Below, in pieces: positions 38,290-48,620 of a stretch of 64,000 bases of DNA. The stretch lies in assembly GCA_963718615.1 (NCBI GenBank), contig OY970368.1, positions 1,056,001 through 1,120,000 on the forward strand. Direction: 5' to 3'. A model generated the notes under the pieces. The model saw only the letters and a program-made list of their open reading frames with translations. It did no database searches and was not told the origin of the DNA. Numbering within the stretch: position 1 is the stretch's first letter; each line of letters starts with the position of its first letter. Origin of the DNA: an uncultured cyanobacterium (GTDB lineage Bacteria; Cyanobacteriota; Cyanobacteriia; PCC-9006; JAAUQQ01). The position numbers and the translations under genes were made by a program.

Positions 38290-39198
38290 TTAGAGGCGAT
38301 CGCCCGAACGAGAATTGCCCGAACGAGGGTTAATAACCTCGGCATCGCCTTCGACATCGAGTTCTTCCCGACGGACTTGATCGCGCATAACAACCCGATC
38401 CTGTTCAGCTTCCTTGCGAATGCGAACTTCATCACGAACGAAGGTTTGCTTATCAATTTGGGCTGTTTCTTCGTAAAGATCAAGATGCGCCACCTCCTGT
38501 TCTTGGAAGCCAGGAGCCACACTGGTGCTGTTATTGATTTGACCGGATGGACTATATTCCACCACGACTCGCTCTTTTTCTACAGGAACTGATTTCTCCG
38601 CCGTTGCGGTCTCTACCCGTTTCTTGACCGAAACTTCGCCAACTTTGTCCCGACTCTTATTAGCAACAAGACGCTCCTCATGGAGGCGAATAGGATGCTT
38701 GTGATCTTCTGCATCCAAGTCAAAGAGTTCAGGCTCTTGCTCATAGCGATATCCCTGAGCATCATTGGGCTGCATTTGATTGGTGTAGGTTTGTCCTCGG
38801 TATTGTCTAACCTCATTAGCCCGAGAGCGACCTAGAGGACGGTAGACATTTCTGACATTTTCCTCATAGTCATAATCGACAACGAGATCACTGCGATATT
38901 CTGGCAATTGCTCAACTTGTTCACGGGTCAATCCGTTCACATAAACCCGCTGATGGGACATATCAAATTTGGCTAGACCAATGGGGAGGAGGACGTTTTT
39001 GCCAAAAATCCAAAATCCCGTGTCAACGACCAAATAGCGAAATTTGCCGCTTTGCTCATCCACTAAGGCGTCCTTAATGCCGCCAATATTCTCTTCGCCT
39101 TCGGTATAAACATCAAACTGGTCAATATTGAGCAGTTCACTATTTCCTAGAAGGTCTTCATGATGATTGAAATAATCGCGATATTTTACGAGTGTCAT
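38290..39198 (-). CDS. PRC-barrel and DUF2382 domain protein
   Basis: GKFRYLVVDTGFWIFGKNVLLPIG; IRLHEERLVANK, VPVEKERVV, VRREELDV; ATG 39198 with AGGAG RBS. Confidence 0.88.
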   Translation of the reverse strand: MTLVKYRDYFNHHEDLLGNSELLNIDQFDVYTEGEENIGGIKDALVDEQSGKFRYLVVDTGFWIFGKNVLLPIGLAKFDMSHQRVYVNGLTREQVEQLPEYRSDLVVDYDYEENVRNVYRPLGRSRANEVRQYRGQTYTNQMQPNDAQGYRYEQEPELFDLDAEDHKHPIRLHEERLVANKSRDKVGEVSVKKRVETATAEKSVPVEKERVVVEYSPSGQINNSTSVAPGFQEQEVAHLDLYEETAQIDKQTFVRDEVRIRKEAEQDRVVMRDQVRREELDVEGDAEVINPRSGNSRSGDRL

Positions 39199-39461
39199 AC
39201 TGTAAATTCTCCTGTGTCTTTTGCTTGTTTTTGAGAGTCTTGTCGTTGAGATTGCTGTACTGATTGGCCAGTATTTTTGAATCTGATCCCAGAATAGGTT
39301 CACGCCTAGGAGATTGCCTCTTTCCCTTGAGTGAGTTATAGATTTCTGGGGTTATAACTAGAGGCTATCTTTGGGGGGAATCTCTAATTTTGAATGGATT
39401 TCTACTCCATGGGATGGGTCTGGTCTAAAATCAAATACCAGATTCCGATTGTCCCTTCCCT

Positions 39462-40751
39462 ATGTCTAATGGTTTTCCTCGCTCCGCCGCTGATCCCGAC
39501 CTGGCCTCTAGTGAGCAACAGGCTTGGGCTGATATTAGCGATCTGCGCCATGCCGCTAATCCTGGCTATCAGGGCAGCCTAACCCGTGCAACCACACCAG
39601 GATTTGGTCTCACCCCCCCGATCGCTCGCAGTGGACCGAATCTGACACCTTTGATTTTGGTGGCGATCGCCCTCACTCTGACTGGCATGATCCTGAGCCT
39701 GCCGTGGCTGGGCTGGCTCGGTGCCGCCTTTTGCTTGGTGCTCTCACTGCGGCTCATTTGGCCGAGTCTCAGTGCCATTTTGCTCGAACTGCTCGTGGAT
39801 CGTTGGGGAGCTCCCTTGGTAGCGTTTATCGGGCTGATGGTGGCCCTGGCTGCGGTGGTAGATTTCACAGGGTTTGGCGATGAAACCCTGCGGCTGTTGC
39901 GCTGGGTAGATTGGGACATTATTGGCGCGTTGGGGGATACTCTGGGTGCCGTGGGGCAAATCTTTATTGCCCTGTTGGCGGTTTATATTGCTTGGCGGCA
40001 GTACATTATCTCGAAGATCCTGACGGAACAGCAGAATCAGCTTACGATTCAGCAAAACATGATCACCCAACAGCAAACGATCGATGCCTATTTCCAGGGA
40101 ATCTCGGATTTGGTGCTGGATGATGAGGGGCTGCTGGAAGACTGGCCCCAGGAACGGGCGATCGCCGAGGGACGCACCGCTGCCATTCTTAGTAGCGTCA
40201 ACGCCGATGGGAAAGCCAAGGTGATTCGCTTCCTAGCCCGGTCGAAGCTGCTGACACCGCTCAAACGCGATGGCCATCTTGGACGGGCAATTTTGGATGG
40301 TCGCGGTGGCTATGAAGAGGATCGGATGGCAGGGGTGCGAGTCATTGATTTGGGTGTGATGCTGGCCAAGGCTAATCTCGCTGGGACGGACTTACGCTGG
40401 ACAGATCTCAGCGAAGCCAATTTGATTTATGCGGATCTGCGCGAGGCGGATTTGGTAAAAGCTAATCTCTCCCGCACGATTCTGTTTGGGGCTGATCTGC
40501 GGGGGGCCGATCTGATGGGGGCTCGGTTGTTCTATGGGGCTGGGGAGCTGGCTTCGCCTCGCAGCCGAGTGGAGCCGCCCAATTATGCAACGGGAGAGCA
40601 TACAGGGTCTGTGGTCGAAGGGGTCAACTTTACGGGGGTTCAGCGATTGTCCGAGGAGCAGCGTCGCTATTGCTGTGCCTGGTGTGGCGAGCAGTCCCGC
40701 GCAACGATGCCAGGGGGCTGTGGGGATGTGGAGAATCGCTTGGGGCGGTAG
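39462..40751 (+). CDS. Membrane-anchored pentapeptide-repeat protein
   Basis: N-terminal TM helices; ANLAGTDLRWTDLSEANL...ADL repeats. Confidence 0.85.
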   Translation: MSNGFPRSAADPDLASSEQQAWADISDLRHAANPGYQGSLTRATTPGFGLTPPIARSGPNLTPLILVAIALTLTGMILSLPWLGWLGAAFCLVLSLRLIWPSLSAILLELLVDRWGAPLVAFIGLMVALAAVVDFTGFGDETLRLLRWVDWDIIGALGDTLGAVGQIFIALLAVYIAWRQYIISKILTEQQNQLTIQQNMITQQQTIDAYFQGISDLVLDDEGLLEDWPQERAIAEGRTAAILSSVNADGKAKVIRFLARSKLLTPLKRDGHLGRAILDGRGGYEEDRMAGVRVIDLGVMLAKANLAGTDLRWTDLSEANLIYADLREADLVKANLSRTILFGADLRGADLMGARLFYGAGELASPRSRVEPPNYATGEHTGSVVEGVNFTGVQRLSEEQRRYCCAWCGEQSRATMPGGCGDVENRLGR

Positions 40752-40793
40752 GGTGATGGGGTGATGGGGTTGTTGCTGTTTGAGTGGGGGGGT

Positions 40794-41873
40794 ATGGGTA
40801 AGCTTAGGATTTTGTTGGTTTCGACGCCTGTGGGCGCGTTGGGATCGGGTTTGGGGGGCGGGGTGGAGCTGACGCTGGCGAACTTGGCGAAGGCGTTGCA
40901 GCGGCGGGGGCATGAGCTGATTGTGCTTGCGCCTGCTGGTTCGGTTTGTCCGGGGGTGCCGTTGATTTTGGTGCCGGGACAACTGCAAACCACGGCCCAA
41001 ACCCAAGGTCGGGATGCGCCGATTACGATGCCGGGGGATTGTGTCTTGGCCCAGGCTTGGGACATGGCGCGGCAACAGCAGACTCAATTCGATGTCATTC
41101 TCAATTTTGCCTATGATTGGCTACCGTTTTACCTGACGCCGTTTTTTACGACCCCCATTGCCCATTTGGTGAGTATGGGGTCGTTGACGGATGCCATGGA
41201 TCAAATCATTGGCCAGGTGGCGCTGCAACAGCCGGGTAGTATCGGTGTCCATAGCCAAGCCCAGGCGGAGACCTTTACGTTTGCAGCGCACTGCCGAGTT
41301 TTAGGCAATGGATTTGATTTGTCTCAGTACCAATTTCAGCCGGAGCCTCTGCTAGAACCTCAGCCGGAGCTGGGCTGGGTGGGTCGGATTGCGCCGGAGA
41401 AGGGGTTGGAGGATGCGGCGGCGGCGGTTGCTCATACGGGAACGCGGCTGAAGGTGTGGGGAGCGATGCAGTATCCCGACTATTGGGCAGAGGTGCAGGC
41501 GGATTACCCCCAGGCTCAGCTCAGCTATGAGGGCTTTTTATCTACGCAGGATTTGCAGCAACAACTGGGACAATGTCAGGGATTACTGATGACGCCGAAA
41601 TGGGTGGAAGCGTTTGGGAATGTGGCGATCGAAGCGCTGGCTTGTGGGGTGCCAGTGGTGGCCTATCGACGGGGGGGGCCTGCGGAAATTGTGGAGGATG
41701 GCATAACGGGATGGCTGGTTGCACCGGATGATGTGGAAGGGTTGCGGGGGGCGATCGCCAAACTCCCCCAAATCCATCGCCAAACCTGCCGCCACCGAGC
41801 CGAGACCCACTATTCCCTAGCGGCCATGGGAGAACGCGTAGAAGATTGGCTACTGTCGCTGCTGGGGCGCTGA
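40794..41873 (+). CDS. Glycosyltransferase family 4
   Basis: GGVE, WVGRIAPEKG, EAFGNVAIEALACGVPV. Confidence 0.9.
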   Translation: MGKLRILLVSTPVGALGSGLGGGVELTLANLAKALQRRGHELIVLAPAGSVCPGVPLILVPGQLQTTAQTQGRDAPITMPGDCVLAQAWDMARQQQTQFDVILNFAYDWLPFYLTPFFTTPIAHLVSMGSLTDAMDQIIGQVALQQPGSIGVHSQAQAETFTFAAHCRVLGNGFDLSQYQFQPEPLLEPQPELGWVGRIAPEKGLEDAAAAVAHTGTRLKVWGAMQYPDYWAEVQADYPQAQLSYEGFLSTQDLQQQLGQCQGLLMTPKWVEAFGNVAIEALACGVPVVAYRRGGPAEIVEDGITGWLVAPDDVEGLRGAIAKLPQIHRQTCRHRAETHYSLAAMGERVEDWLLSLLGR

Positions 41874-42170
41874 AAACTCGCGAGCTTTGTAGGCATGGCA
41901 GCCTTGGCAAGGTCCCAGGGGATTGACAGCACAGCGGACGTGGGGCGATCGCGCATTGAACTCACAGCTCAAATCCCCAATCAAATAGCCAATGCCCTCT
42001 ACATAGCGAAACTCTGGCAGATGGGCATTGGGATGGGATACCGGCGTCAGGGAGCGACTCCAGGATGCCGCAATGCGTCGGCGGGTGCGCTGCTTGAACT
42101 GGTGAAGTTGCCACAGGGACAGCAACGCAGGCAGCAGAGCGAACAATAGGATTAAAATAAGGGCCAGCAT
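41850..42170 (-). CDS. DUF6464-like membrane protein
   Basis: TM helix then IGDLSCEFNARSPHVRCAVNPLGPCQGCHAY. Confidence 0.7.
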   Translation of the reverse strand: MLALILILLFALLPALLSLWQLHQFKQRTRRRIAASWSRSLTPVSHPNAHLPEFRYVEGIGYLIGDLSCEFNARSPHVRCAVNPLGPCQGCHAYKAREFSAPQQRQ

Positions 42171-42178
42171 AGGCAAAG

Positions 42179-42220
42179 ACAGGCAATTCAAAAACAGGCA
42201 ATTCAAAAACAGGCAATTCA
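42179..42220. repeat. 15-bp tandem repeat, about 2.8 copies
   Basis: ACAGGCAATTCAAAA units. Confidence 0.85.
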
Positions 42221-42358
42221 GCGTCGAGCAGCGTTCGGTCCGCCCTGGGTCGGAGCGTGAGTCAGCGTGGGTAGAGGCCCTAAGCCCTATTATGCGCGAT
42301 GGCTTAGGATGGGAGAAAGCATAACGTCTTTAATTTCTGTAAAGGAGTCGTCCCCCAG

Positions 42359-43009
42359 GTGCTGCTGACCCCTGAACAACGCCGGAAACTCGATGATAGC
42401 AATGATGCTGGGTTCTATGACCAGCCTCGCTTTGTCACCCATGTGGATGAGGGCTTTATCGAACAGCTCACCCAGGTGTATCGCGATCGCCTCTCCGCCG
42501 AGAGCGAGATCCTCGATTTGATGAGTAGTTGGGTTTCCCATTTGCCGTCGGAGCTGCGGTTTCGTCATGTGGAAGGCCACGGTCTCAATGCCGAGGAATT
42601 GGCGCGTAATCCTCGGTTGGACCATTTCTTTGTACAAAATCTCAATGAAACGCCACAGTTGCCCCTGGAGAGCGATCGCTTTGACGCGGTGTTGATTGCG
42701 GTCTCGGTGCAGTATCTCCAGCAGCCGGAAATTGTTTTTGCTGAGATTCAGCGGGTGTTGAAACCCGGCGGGATCGCGATTATCAGTTTTTCCAACCGCA
42801 TGTTTCCCAGCAAGGCGATCCAGGCTTGGCAAACGGCTTCGGAACTGGGGCGAGTGGAGCTGGTGAAGTCCTATTTTCGGGCTACGCCGGGGTTCGCAGA
42901 ACCAGAAACGCTCATCAATCAGCCTGCGGGTGCTGGAATATTGCAGCTTTTCGGCTTTCCGGGAGCGGATCCGTTCTACGCTGTCATGGCTCAAGCTCAA
43001 ATTCTGTAA
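42359..43009 (+). CDS. Class I SAM-dependent methyltransferase
   Basis: FYDQPRFVTHVD, LDLMSSWVSHLP, RVLKPGG, FSNRMF. Confidence 0.85.
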   Translation: MLLTPEQRRKLDDSNDAGFYDQPRFVTHVDEGFIEQLTQVYRDRLSAESEILDLMSSWVSHLPSELRFRHVEGHGLNAEELARNPRLDHFFVQNLNETPQLPLESDRFDAVLIAVSVQYLQQPEIVFAEIQRVLKPGGIAIISFSNRMFPSKAIQAWQTASELGRVELVKSYFRATPGFAEPETLINQPAGAGILQLFGFPGADPFYAVMAQAQIL

Positions 43010-43139
43010 CGGTTTTATTCCAAAGTAAAATTTAGCATCAGTGTCGGGGCACACTGGTAATTAATCATGCTGGGTGCTTATGCTTGGGTGCTAGCATTCA
43101 TCTCGGTTCGATCAGTTTCTCTATTTACACAGAATTATC

Positions 43140-43430
43140 ATGACTCAGTCTCCATCCACTAACGGGGCCGATAAAAAGATTGTGGCGGGAATTTGTGGCA
43201 TTGTGGTCGGTGCCTTCGGGGTGCATAAGTTTATTCTGGGCTATCAGCAGGAGGGCATCATCATGCTGGTGACGAGTCTGGCGGGTTTGGCGCTGTCCTG
43301 TTTTGTGATCCCGGCGTTGGCCACCACGGCCATGGGGATTATTGGGTTAATCGAAGGAATTCTGTATTTGACTAAAAGTGATGAAGAGTTCGTCTCAACC
43401 TATGTTGAAGGCCGCAAACCCTGGTTTTAG
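43140..43430 (+). CDS. TM2-domain protein
   Basis: KKIVAGICGI..GAFGVHKFILG. Confidence 0.85.
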   Translation: MTQSPSTNGADKKIVAGICGIVVGAFGVHKFILGYQQEGIIMLVTSLAGLALSCFVIPALATTAMGIIGLIEGILYLTKSDEEFVSTYVEGRKPWF

Positions 43431-43434
43431 GCCG

Positions 43435-43911
43435 ATGCGATCCCAGCGTTGGGGATACGGGGTGGGCTTGGGAATGGCGATCGCCCCGGTCCTAGGGGCT
43501 GTGCTCTACAACCAAGGCTGGCGTATGCCGGGGATGCACTGTTTGTTCCAGGCGCTGCTGGGATTTCCGGGTCCGGGGTGTGGATTGACGCGATCGCTGA
43601 TGGCGATCGCCCGAGGCGATCTGCTGCAATCCATGCAATATCATTTGTTTGGCCCTCTGCTGTTTGGCCTTTGTTGTGTCAGCATTATTGTCTGCGGAAG
43701 GGCGCTGACCTCAAACCGTCCTGTTCGACTCAGTGAAAGGCTAGGACGAGGAATGCAGCGCTATTCGCTGGGGCTGGGCGCGATCGGCATCGTCTTTGGG
43801 GGATACTATCTGCTGCGGCTTTATGCTTGGTCTGGGGCTGATGGGTTGCCGGGGGCGATCGCCCAGTCGAGCCTTTGGCAGGTCTTCGCCACTGGAGCCC
43901 AGGCGCTATAA
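43435..43911 (+). CDS. DUF2752-family membrane protein
   Basis: C.F..LLGFPGPGCGLTRS...GD...S.QYH; adjacent to the TM2 gene as is usual. Confidence 0.75.
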   Translation: MRSQRWGYGVGLGMAIAPVLGAVLYNQGWRMPGMHCLFQALLGFPGPGCGLTRSLMAIARGDLLQSMQYHLFGPLLFGLCCVSIIVCGRALTSNRPVRLSERLGRGMQRYSLGLGAIGIVFGGYYLLRLYAWSGADGLPGAIAQSSLWQVFATGAQAL

Positions 43912-43965
43912 GGCGCTGTAAGGTGCTGTAACAGATGCCATAAAATCCGAAACCAGGAGAAGTCG

Positions 43966-44154
43966 ATGCTCACCGGAACCCCTAAAAAAGTTGTTTTGTC
44001 GCTCATTTTCGCAGGTTTTGGCCTGGGCTATTTCGCCACGTTTGGTTCCTTAGAAATGAACGCCTTGCTGAAAACTCAGCTAGCACTGTTGCCTTTGCAG
44101 CTCGGTTTGGTGGCCTATTTTCTTTGGTTTCGGCCATCGAAGCCAAAAAACTAA
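43966..44154 (+). CDS. Small two-TM hypothetical protein
   Basis: Two hydrophobic segments and a basic C-terminus. Confidence 0.5.
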   Translation: MLTGTPKKVVLSLIFAGFGLGYFATFGSLEMNALLKTQLALLPLQLGLVAYFLWFRPSKPKN

Positions 44155-44237
44155 AGGACTTTTCTACGCTTCTTGAAAATCAGCCTAGCCTTTGTCGCGG
44201 TGTGGCATATTGCCCCTAAACTGGCTGAAAACGAAAT

Positions 44238-46061
44238 CTAACCCTCCCGAATTCCAGACTGCACCCGCCACAACTTCGCATAAATTCTCCCTTGTGCCAA
44301 CAACGATTCATGGGTGCCCTGCTCCGCCAACCGCCCCTGATCCAACACATAAATCTGATGGGCATGGCGAATCGTCGAAAGACGGTGGGCGATCGCAATG
44401 GTCGTCCGATCCCGCGTAATCACCTCCAAAGACTTCTGAATCGCCGCTTCCGTTTCGTTATCCACCGCCGACGTTGCTTCGTCTAGGATTAAAATCGGTG
44501 GATTTTTGAGAATGGCGCGGGCGATCGCCAACCGCTGCCGCTGCCCCCCCGAGAGCTTTTGTCCCCGCTCTCCCACTACCGTATCGTAGCCCTGAGGCAG
44601 TTGCATGATGAACTCGTGAGCTTCCGCCTGCTTCGCCGCCTGGGCGATTTCTGCGGGGATTGCCTCAAACGTGCCATAGGCAATATTCTCCGCCACGGTG
44701 CCATGGAACAAAAACACATCCTGACTCACCCAGCCAAGACAACGCCGTAGCTCCCGCAGTTGCAGATCGCGGATGTCGATGCCGTCGAGCAAAATGCGTC
44801 CCTGTTGGACTTCGTAAAACCGTAGGAGCAACTTCACCAGCGTACTTTTCCCCGACCCCGTTGCGCCTACAACGCCGATAGTTTCCCCTGCCGGTACGGT
44901 TAGGCTCAAATCAATCAAGGCCGGTTGACGATCTTTGTAGGCAAAGGTGATGTGATCAAACTGGACTTGACCCGCAACTCGCTGGCCGGTGAGGGTGCGA
45001 TCGCCCGTCCGAATCGCGATCGGCGTATCCAACAAATGCATCACCCGACTGACCGAAGCCATGGCCCGCTGGTACTGATCCAAGGTGACTCCCAAACGGG
45101 TAAAGGGCCAGAGCAACCGCTGAATGATAAACACCATGAAGCTATAGACACCGACCGAGAGGCTACCGGCAGCGGCCTGAAGTCCGCCAAAGAAGAGCAC
45201 AGCGGTGAAGCCAATCAGGATAATAAAGCGGATTAAAGGCACGAAGGCCGAACTGAGGACGATCGCCCGACTATTGCTGCGGCGGTAGGCTTCGCTTTCG
45301 AGGGAGACGCGATCGCGTTCGTAAGGCTCGGCGGTATAGCTTTTGATCGTAGCGATGCCGGTCAAATTGTTGGCTAGGCGACTATTGACGAGGCTGGCCT
45401 GTTCGCGCACTACGGCATAGCGGGGGGCAAGGCGTTTTTGGAACCAGAGGGACCCGAGCAAAATAAAGGGAATCGGCAGCATTCCCATCCAGGAGACCTG
45501 GGGCGCAACGATCAGCATCGAGCCACCAATTACCAAAACCGTTGTGATAAATTGCAAAATCTCATTGGCCCCATCGTCCAGAAACCGCTCCAGTTGATTG
45601 ATGTCGTCGTTGACAATGGAAAGGAGTTGGCCGGTGCTGCGCTCTTCAAAAAAGCCCATCTCTAGCTCTTGCAAATGCTGGTAGGCATCGAGGCGCAGGT
45701 CATGTTGAAGCGTTTGGGCCAGGTCGCGCCAGCGGGTGTCGTAGGCGTATTGAAACATCGACTCACCGCCCCAGGTCACCAGCGTGAGCAACGCCAAAAT
45801 GCCCATCTGACCGACGATGCTGGTAATTCCCAACTGCGCGATGAGCGAATTGTCCTGCTGGACGACGGTATCGACGGCAATGCCAATCAGATAGGGCGGA
45901 GCTAGGTCAAAAATGCGGTTGAGGACGGAATAAATACTGGCCAGCCAGATTTGGGCGCGGTAGGTGCGGCTATAGCGCAGGAGGCGGGAGAGGGGGTGGG
46001 AGTCGGCTGAGGGAGCGGCGGATGAGGGGAGAGACGATGCGGTCATGGCTGGCTTTGGCAA
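44238..46061 (-). CDS. ABC exporter, fused permease/ATPase
   Basis: TM domain; [34 protein letters not shown]. Confidence 0.92.
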   Translation of the reverse strand: MPKPAMTASSLPSSAAPSADSHPLSRLLRYSRTYRAQIWLASIYSVLNRIFDLAPPYLIGIAVDTVVQQDNSLIAQLGITSIVGQMGILALLTLVTWGGESMFQYAYDTRWRDLAQTLQHDLRLDAYQHLQELEMGFFEERSTGQLLSIVNDDINQLERFLDDGANEILQFITTVLVIGGSMLIVAPQVSWMGMLPIPFILLGSLWFQKRLAPRYAVVREQASLVNSRLANNLTGIATIKSYTAEPYERDRVSLESEAYRRSNSRAIVLSSAFVPLIRFIILIGFTAVLFFGGLQAAAGSLSVGVYSFMVFIIQRLLWPFTRLGVTLDQYQRAMASVSRVMHLLDTPIAIRTGDRTLTGQRVAGQVQFDHITFAYKDRQPALIDLSLTVPAGETIGVVGATGSGKSTLVKLLLRFYEVQQGRILLDGIDIRDLQLRELRRCLGWVSQDVFLFHGTVAENIAYGTFEAIPAEIAQAAKQAEAHEFIMQLPQGYDTVVGERGQKLSGGQRQRLAIARAILKNPPILILDEATSAVDNETEAAIQKSLEVITRDRTTIAIAHRLSTIRHAHQIYVLDQGRLAEQGTHESLLAQGRIYAKLWRVQSGIREG

Positions 46062-46111
46062 GATGCCCTCCCATTATGGCAGTAGGGGTCGGTATTCCCG
46101 ACCCCACCCCA

Positions 46112-46984
46112 TTAATCGATCGAGATTTTCTGAGGACTACCATCCATGGGGGGCGGCTGGGTTTCGTCAATTTTGCGATAGTCGAGGTAGAGCTGATCGC
46201 GCCAGTTGAAAAACGCCGCGTAGGCCGGATCATCGGCGAGGCCAGGTATGCCCCGATCCTTCAGCGGCAGGGGAATATTCAACGCCGGACTGGAGGGGAA
46301 CTTGATGTACATGCTCAACCCCGCCACGGCAAAGTCCGCCAGCGTGGGATGGTGGGTCACCAAATAGGGCTTTTCAGACAGCAGAATGCTGAGCGCTTCC
46401 AGGTTTTGGGCGAGGTCGCGCTTCGCTGATTTGACTGCATTCGACCCAAACCCCGCCACCGTGCCGCCAATGCTGAGCAATTCGCCAGGAACGGCACCGA
46501 CCATATTTTTCACCACCGTGGGCACCCCATTGGCAACCATGCTGCCCAAGCTCCGGACGGAATCCGGCATGCCGTTGACGAGGCTTTGGATCGCGTCTGG
46601 GGTTTGTGTGGGGAAGAACGCCTTGCGGAACTCGGCATCCTGGTTAAAGGCTCCGATCATTGCGGCTCTGCCATTGAGGGCGATGGAAGCATCGGCCCAT
46701 TCTTCTAGCATGAGCGTCAGGGCGCGGGCCTGGGCATCAAGGGGGAGGATCGGTTTCTCGGGGTACTTTTTGTCGAGGTAGAAGGCGATCGCCGTCGAAT
46801 CCGCAATCACATCATTTCCATCCTTCAACACCGGCACCTGCCGCTGCCCCGACATCCGAAACAGGTCGATTTGCCCTAACCCTGGTGTCACTTCGATTTT
46901 GCGATAGGGCAGGCCCTTGTAGTCTAAGATCAACCGCACCTTTTCGGAGAAGTGGGATAGCTCGAATTGGTATAGCTCTAGCAC
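46112..46984 (-). CDS. Glutathione S-transferase family protein
   Basis: LYQFELSHFSEKVR, QVPVL, DSTAIA, PTLADFAV. Confidence 0.88.
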   Translation of the reverse strand: MLELYQFELSHFSEKVRLILDYKGLPYRKIEVTPGLGQIDLFRMSGQRQVPVLKDGNDVIADSTAIAFYLDKKYPEKPILPLDAQARALTLMLEEWADASIALNGRAAMIGAFNQDAEFRKAFFPTQTPDAIQSLVNGMPDSVRSLGSMVANGVPTVVKNMVGAVPGELLSIGGTVAGFGSNAVKSAKRDLAQNLEALSILLSEKPYLVTHHPTLADFAVAGLSMYIKFPSSPALNIPLPLKDRGIPGLADDPAYAAFFNWRDQLYLDYRKIDETQPPPMDGSPQKISID

Positions 46985-47109
46985 TGTTTTTCTGCCCTTG
47001 CGTCTATAGCTTTATTCAAGAAGAAGAACTCCTCTTTGTTTTCCATCCTAGGGGAGATAGCCAAAGAGCAGGACAAATCTCGGCAAAAGCGCCCAATTTG
47101 GGCCATGGC

Positions 47110-47952
47110 CTAGGGCTGGATGCGCCGTTCCTGGACGAGGGTTACGCTTTCGCAGTCGCCGCTGCTGCTGTAGCGCCGGATCAGCCGCTGCCGCTGATTG
47201 GGCTCCACCATCCAGCCTACTTCCAACCCAAAGGACTGACCGGCGCGCACTTCCAAGGGACCATGGGCGGAAGCACCGCCGGGGAGCATCAACACCTGTA
47301 TGGGCAGCGGACCTTCGTCAAAGAGCAGGCGTGGGCCGTCGATTTTGGCACTGGAGGTGAGGGTGAGGGTGCGATCGCCAAAGGAAAGGGTTTGCTGGAG
47401 GCGATCGCCCTGGTGTTGTAGAACTAACTGGCTGGCGATCGCCTCAGAAATCCGCCCATCCGGATCGATCGAAAGACTTTGCCCCTCCCAGGTCCCGAGC
47501 AATTGTTCCAGGGTGAGGGGCGGACTGGCAGTTGCCCCAGAACCGGCCTGGGTCTCGCGGATCAGCGTCATGCCCTTGAGACTGCTGGTCCCGTTACCTA
47601 AGCCTTCGTAGAGCAGCACCAATCGCACCCGGCGATCGGGCGTAGTCAGCGCCAGCTCCGCCCCACTCTGGGAAAAATGGCTCCAATAGGGAGACCCCTG
47701 GGCAAATGCGCCGGTCTCAAAGAACGGAACCGCAGCGCCGGGACCCGGAGGACGAAACTCTAGGACCATTTCCTGGGGCAGTTCACCCAGCGGGGTGCGG
47801 GTGAGGGCGAGTTTGACGCTCTGATCGGGTTGCTCTGTCAGCCGCAAGACGCTAGGCGTATCGCTGAGCGGCCTTCCATCCGGAGAAAATTGGGTAAAGG
47901 AGCCGCGCCATTCGCCGAGATTGGCTTTGAAGCAGTCCCACTGAGATTTCAT
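47110..47952 (-). CDS. DUF3598-family protein
   Basis: MKSQWDCFKANLGEWRGSFTQFS; two beta-barrel-like halves. Confidence 0.75.
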   Translation of the reverse strand: MKSQWDCFKANLGEWRGSFTQFSPDGRPLSDTPSVLRLTEQPDQSVKLALTRTPLGELPQEMVLEFRPPGPGAAVPFFETGAFAQGSPYWSHFSQSGAELALTTPDRRVRLVLLYEGLGNGTSSLKGMTLIRETQAGSGATASPPLTLEQLLGTWEGQSLSIDPDGRISEAIASQLVLQHQGDRLQQTLSFGDRTLTLTSSAKIDGPRLLFDEGPLPIQVLMLPGGASAHGPLEVRAGQSFGLEVGWMVEPNQRQRLIRRYSSSGDCESVTLVQERRIQP

Positions 47953-48015
47953 AACGGATTCCAAACGCTGGAGGTCAGCTTTGATGATATCGCTGAGCCG
48001 GGGCCGATGCGGGAC

Positions 48016-48375
48016 TCAATCCCCCGAACAGCCCGTCGCCCGCCCCAAATAGGCTTGATAAACCCAACCCCGAGCACCACTGTTCGTCGAAACCTGGGAC
48101 CATTGGCCGGAGCGGTCGGACTGTTCGACCCAGACAGCGGTTCCAGCGGGCAGATCGCCAATGATTTCGCCGTTGGGTTGCGATCGCACATTCAAAACCG
48201 AATCTCGAGACACTTGAACGGTGTGGAAATTGGGGGGACAGTTGCTGGCGATCGCCTGCTGGGCACCGCCCAATCCCTGCACCCGTCCGGGTCGATTGGG
48301 GGATAACAACAGACAAGTCAAGCCAACAACCATAAGGGCGGTTTGAAAGTACTGAGAAACTTTGTCTTGTGGCAT
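48016..48375 (-). CDS. Exported SH3-domain protein
   Basis: LNVRSQPNG.IIG.L..GT...W..V.....RGWV. Confidence 0.75.
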   Translation of the reverse strand: MPQDKVSQYFQTALMVVGLTCLLLSPNRPGRVQGLGGAQQAIASNCPPNFHTVQVSRDSVLNVRSQPNGEIIGDLPAGTAVWVEQSDRSGQWSQVSTNSGARGWVYQAYLGRATGCSGD

Positions 48376-48620
48376 GGGTCTAGGCTCTGGTCTAGGTTAA
48401 GCATTGTCTCAGGGAAGACGGCAGCCAGAGAATTGCCGGGCAGATGGGAGGGATGCAGAGGATATGATGCTGACACTCAAACGGCACATCGAGTTTTGGG
48501 GCGCTCCCTAGCCTCTACAAAGCGCCTCTAGATGATTCCAAAAACTTTGCCTGTACCTTAAATTACGCCTTCAATAACGCCTCAAAATACACCTTAAATT
48601 TCCTCAGTACCGTCCCGAGC

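Noticed and set aside
40392-47421. Long alternative ORFs (e.g. 40392-41087, 42290-43054, 46885-47421)
   Set aside because: Antisense shadows of well-supported genes in GC-rich DNA with no recognisable motifs
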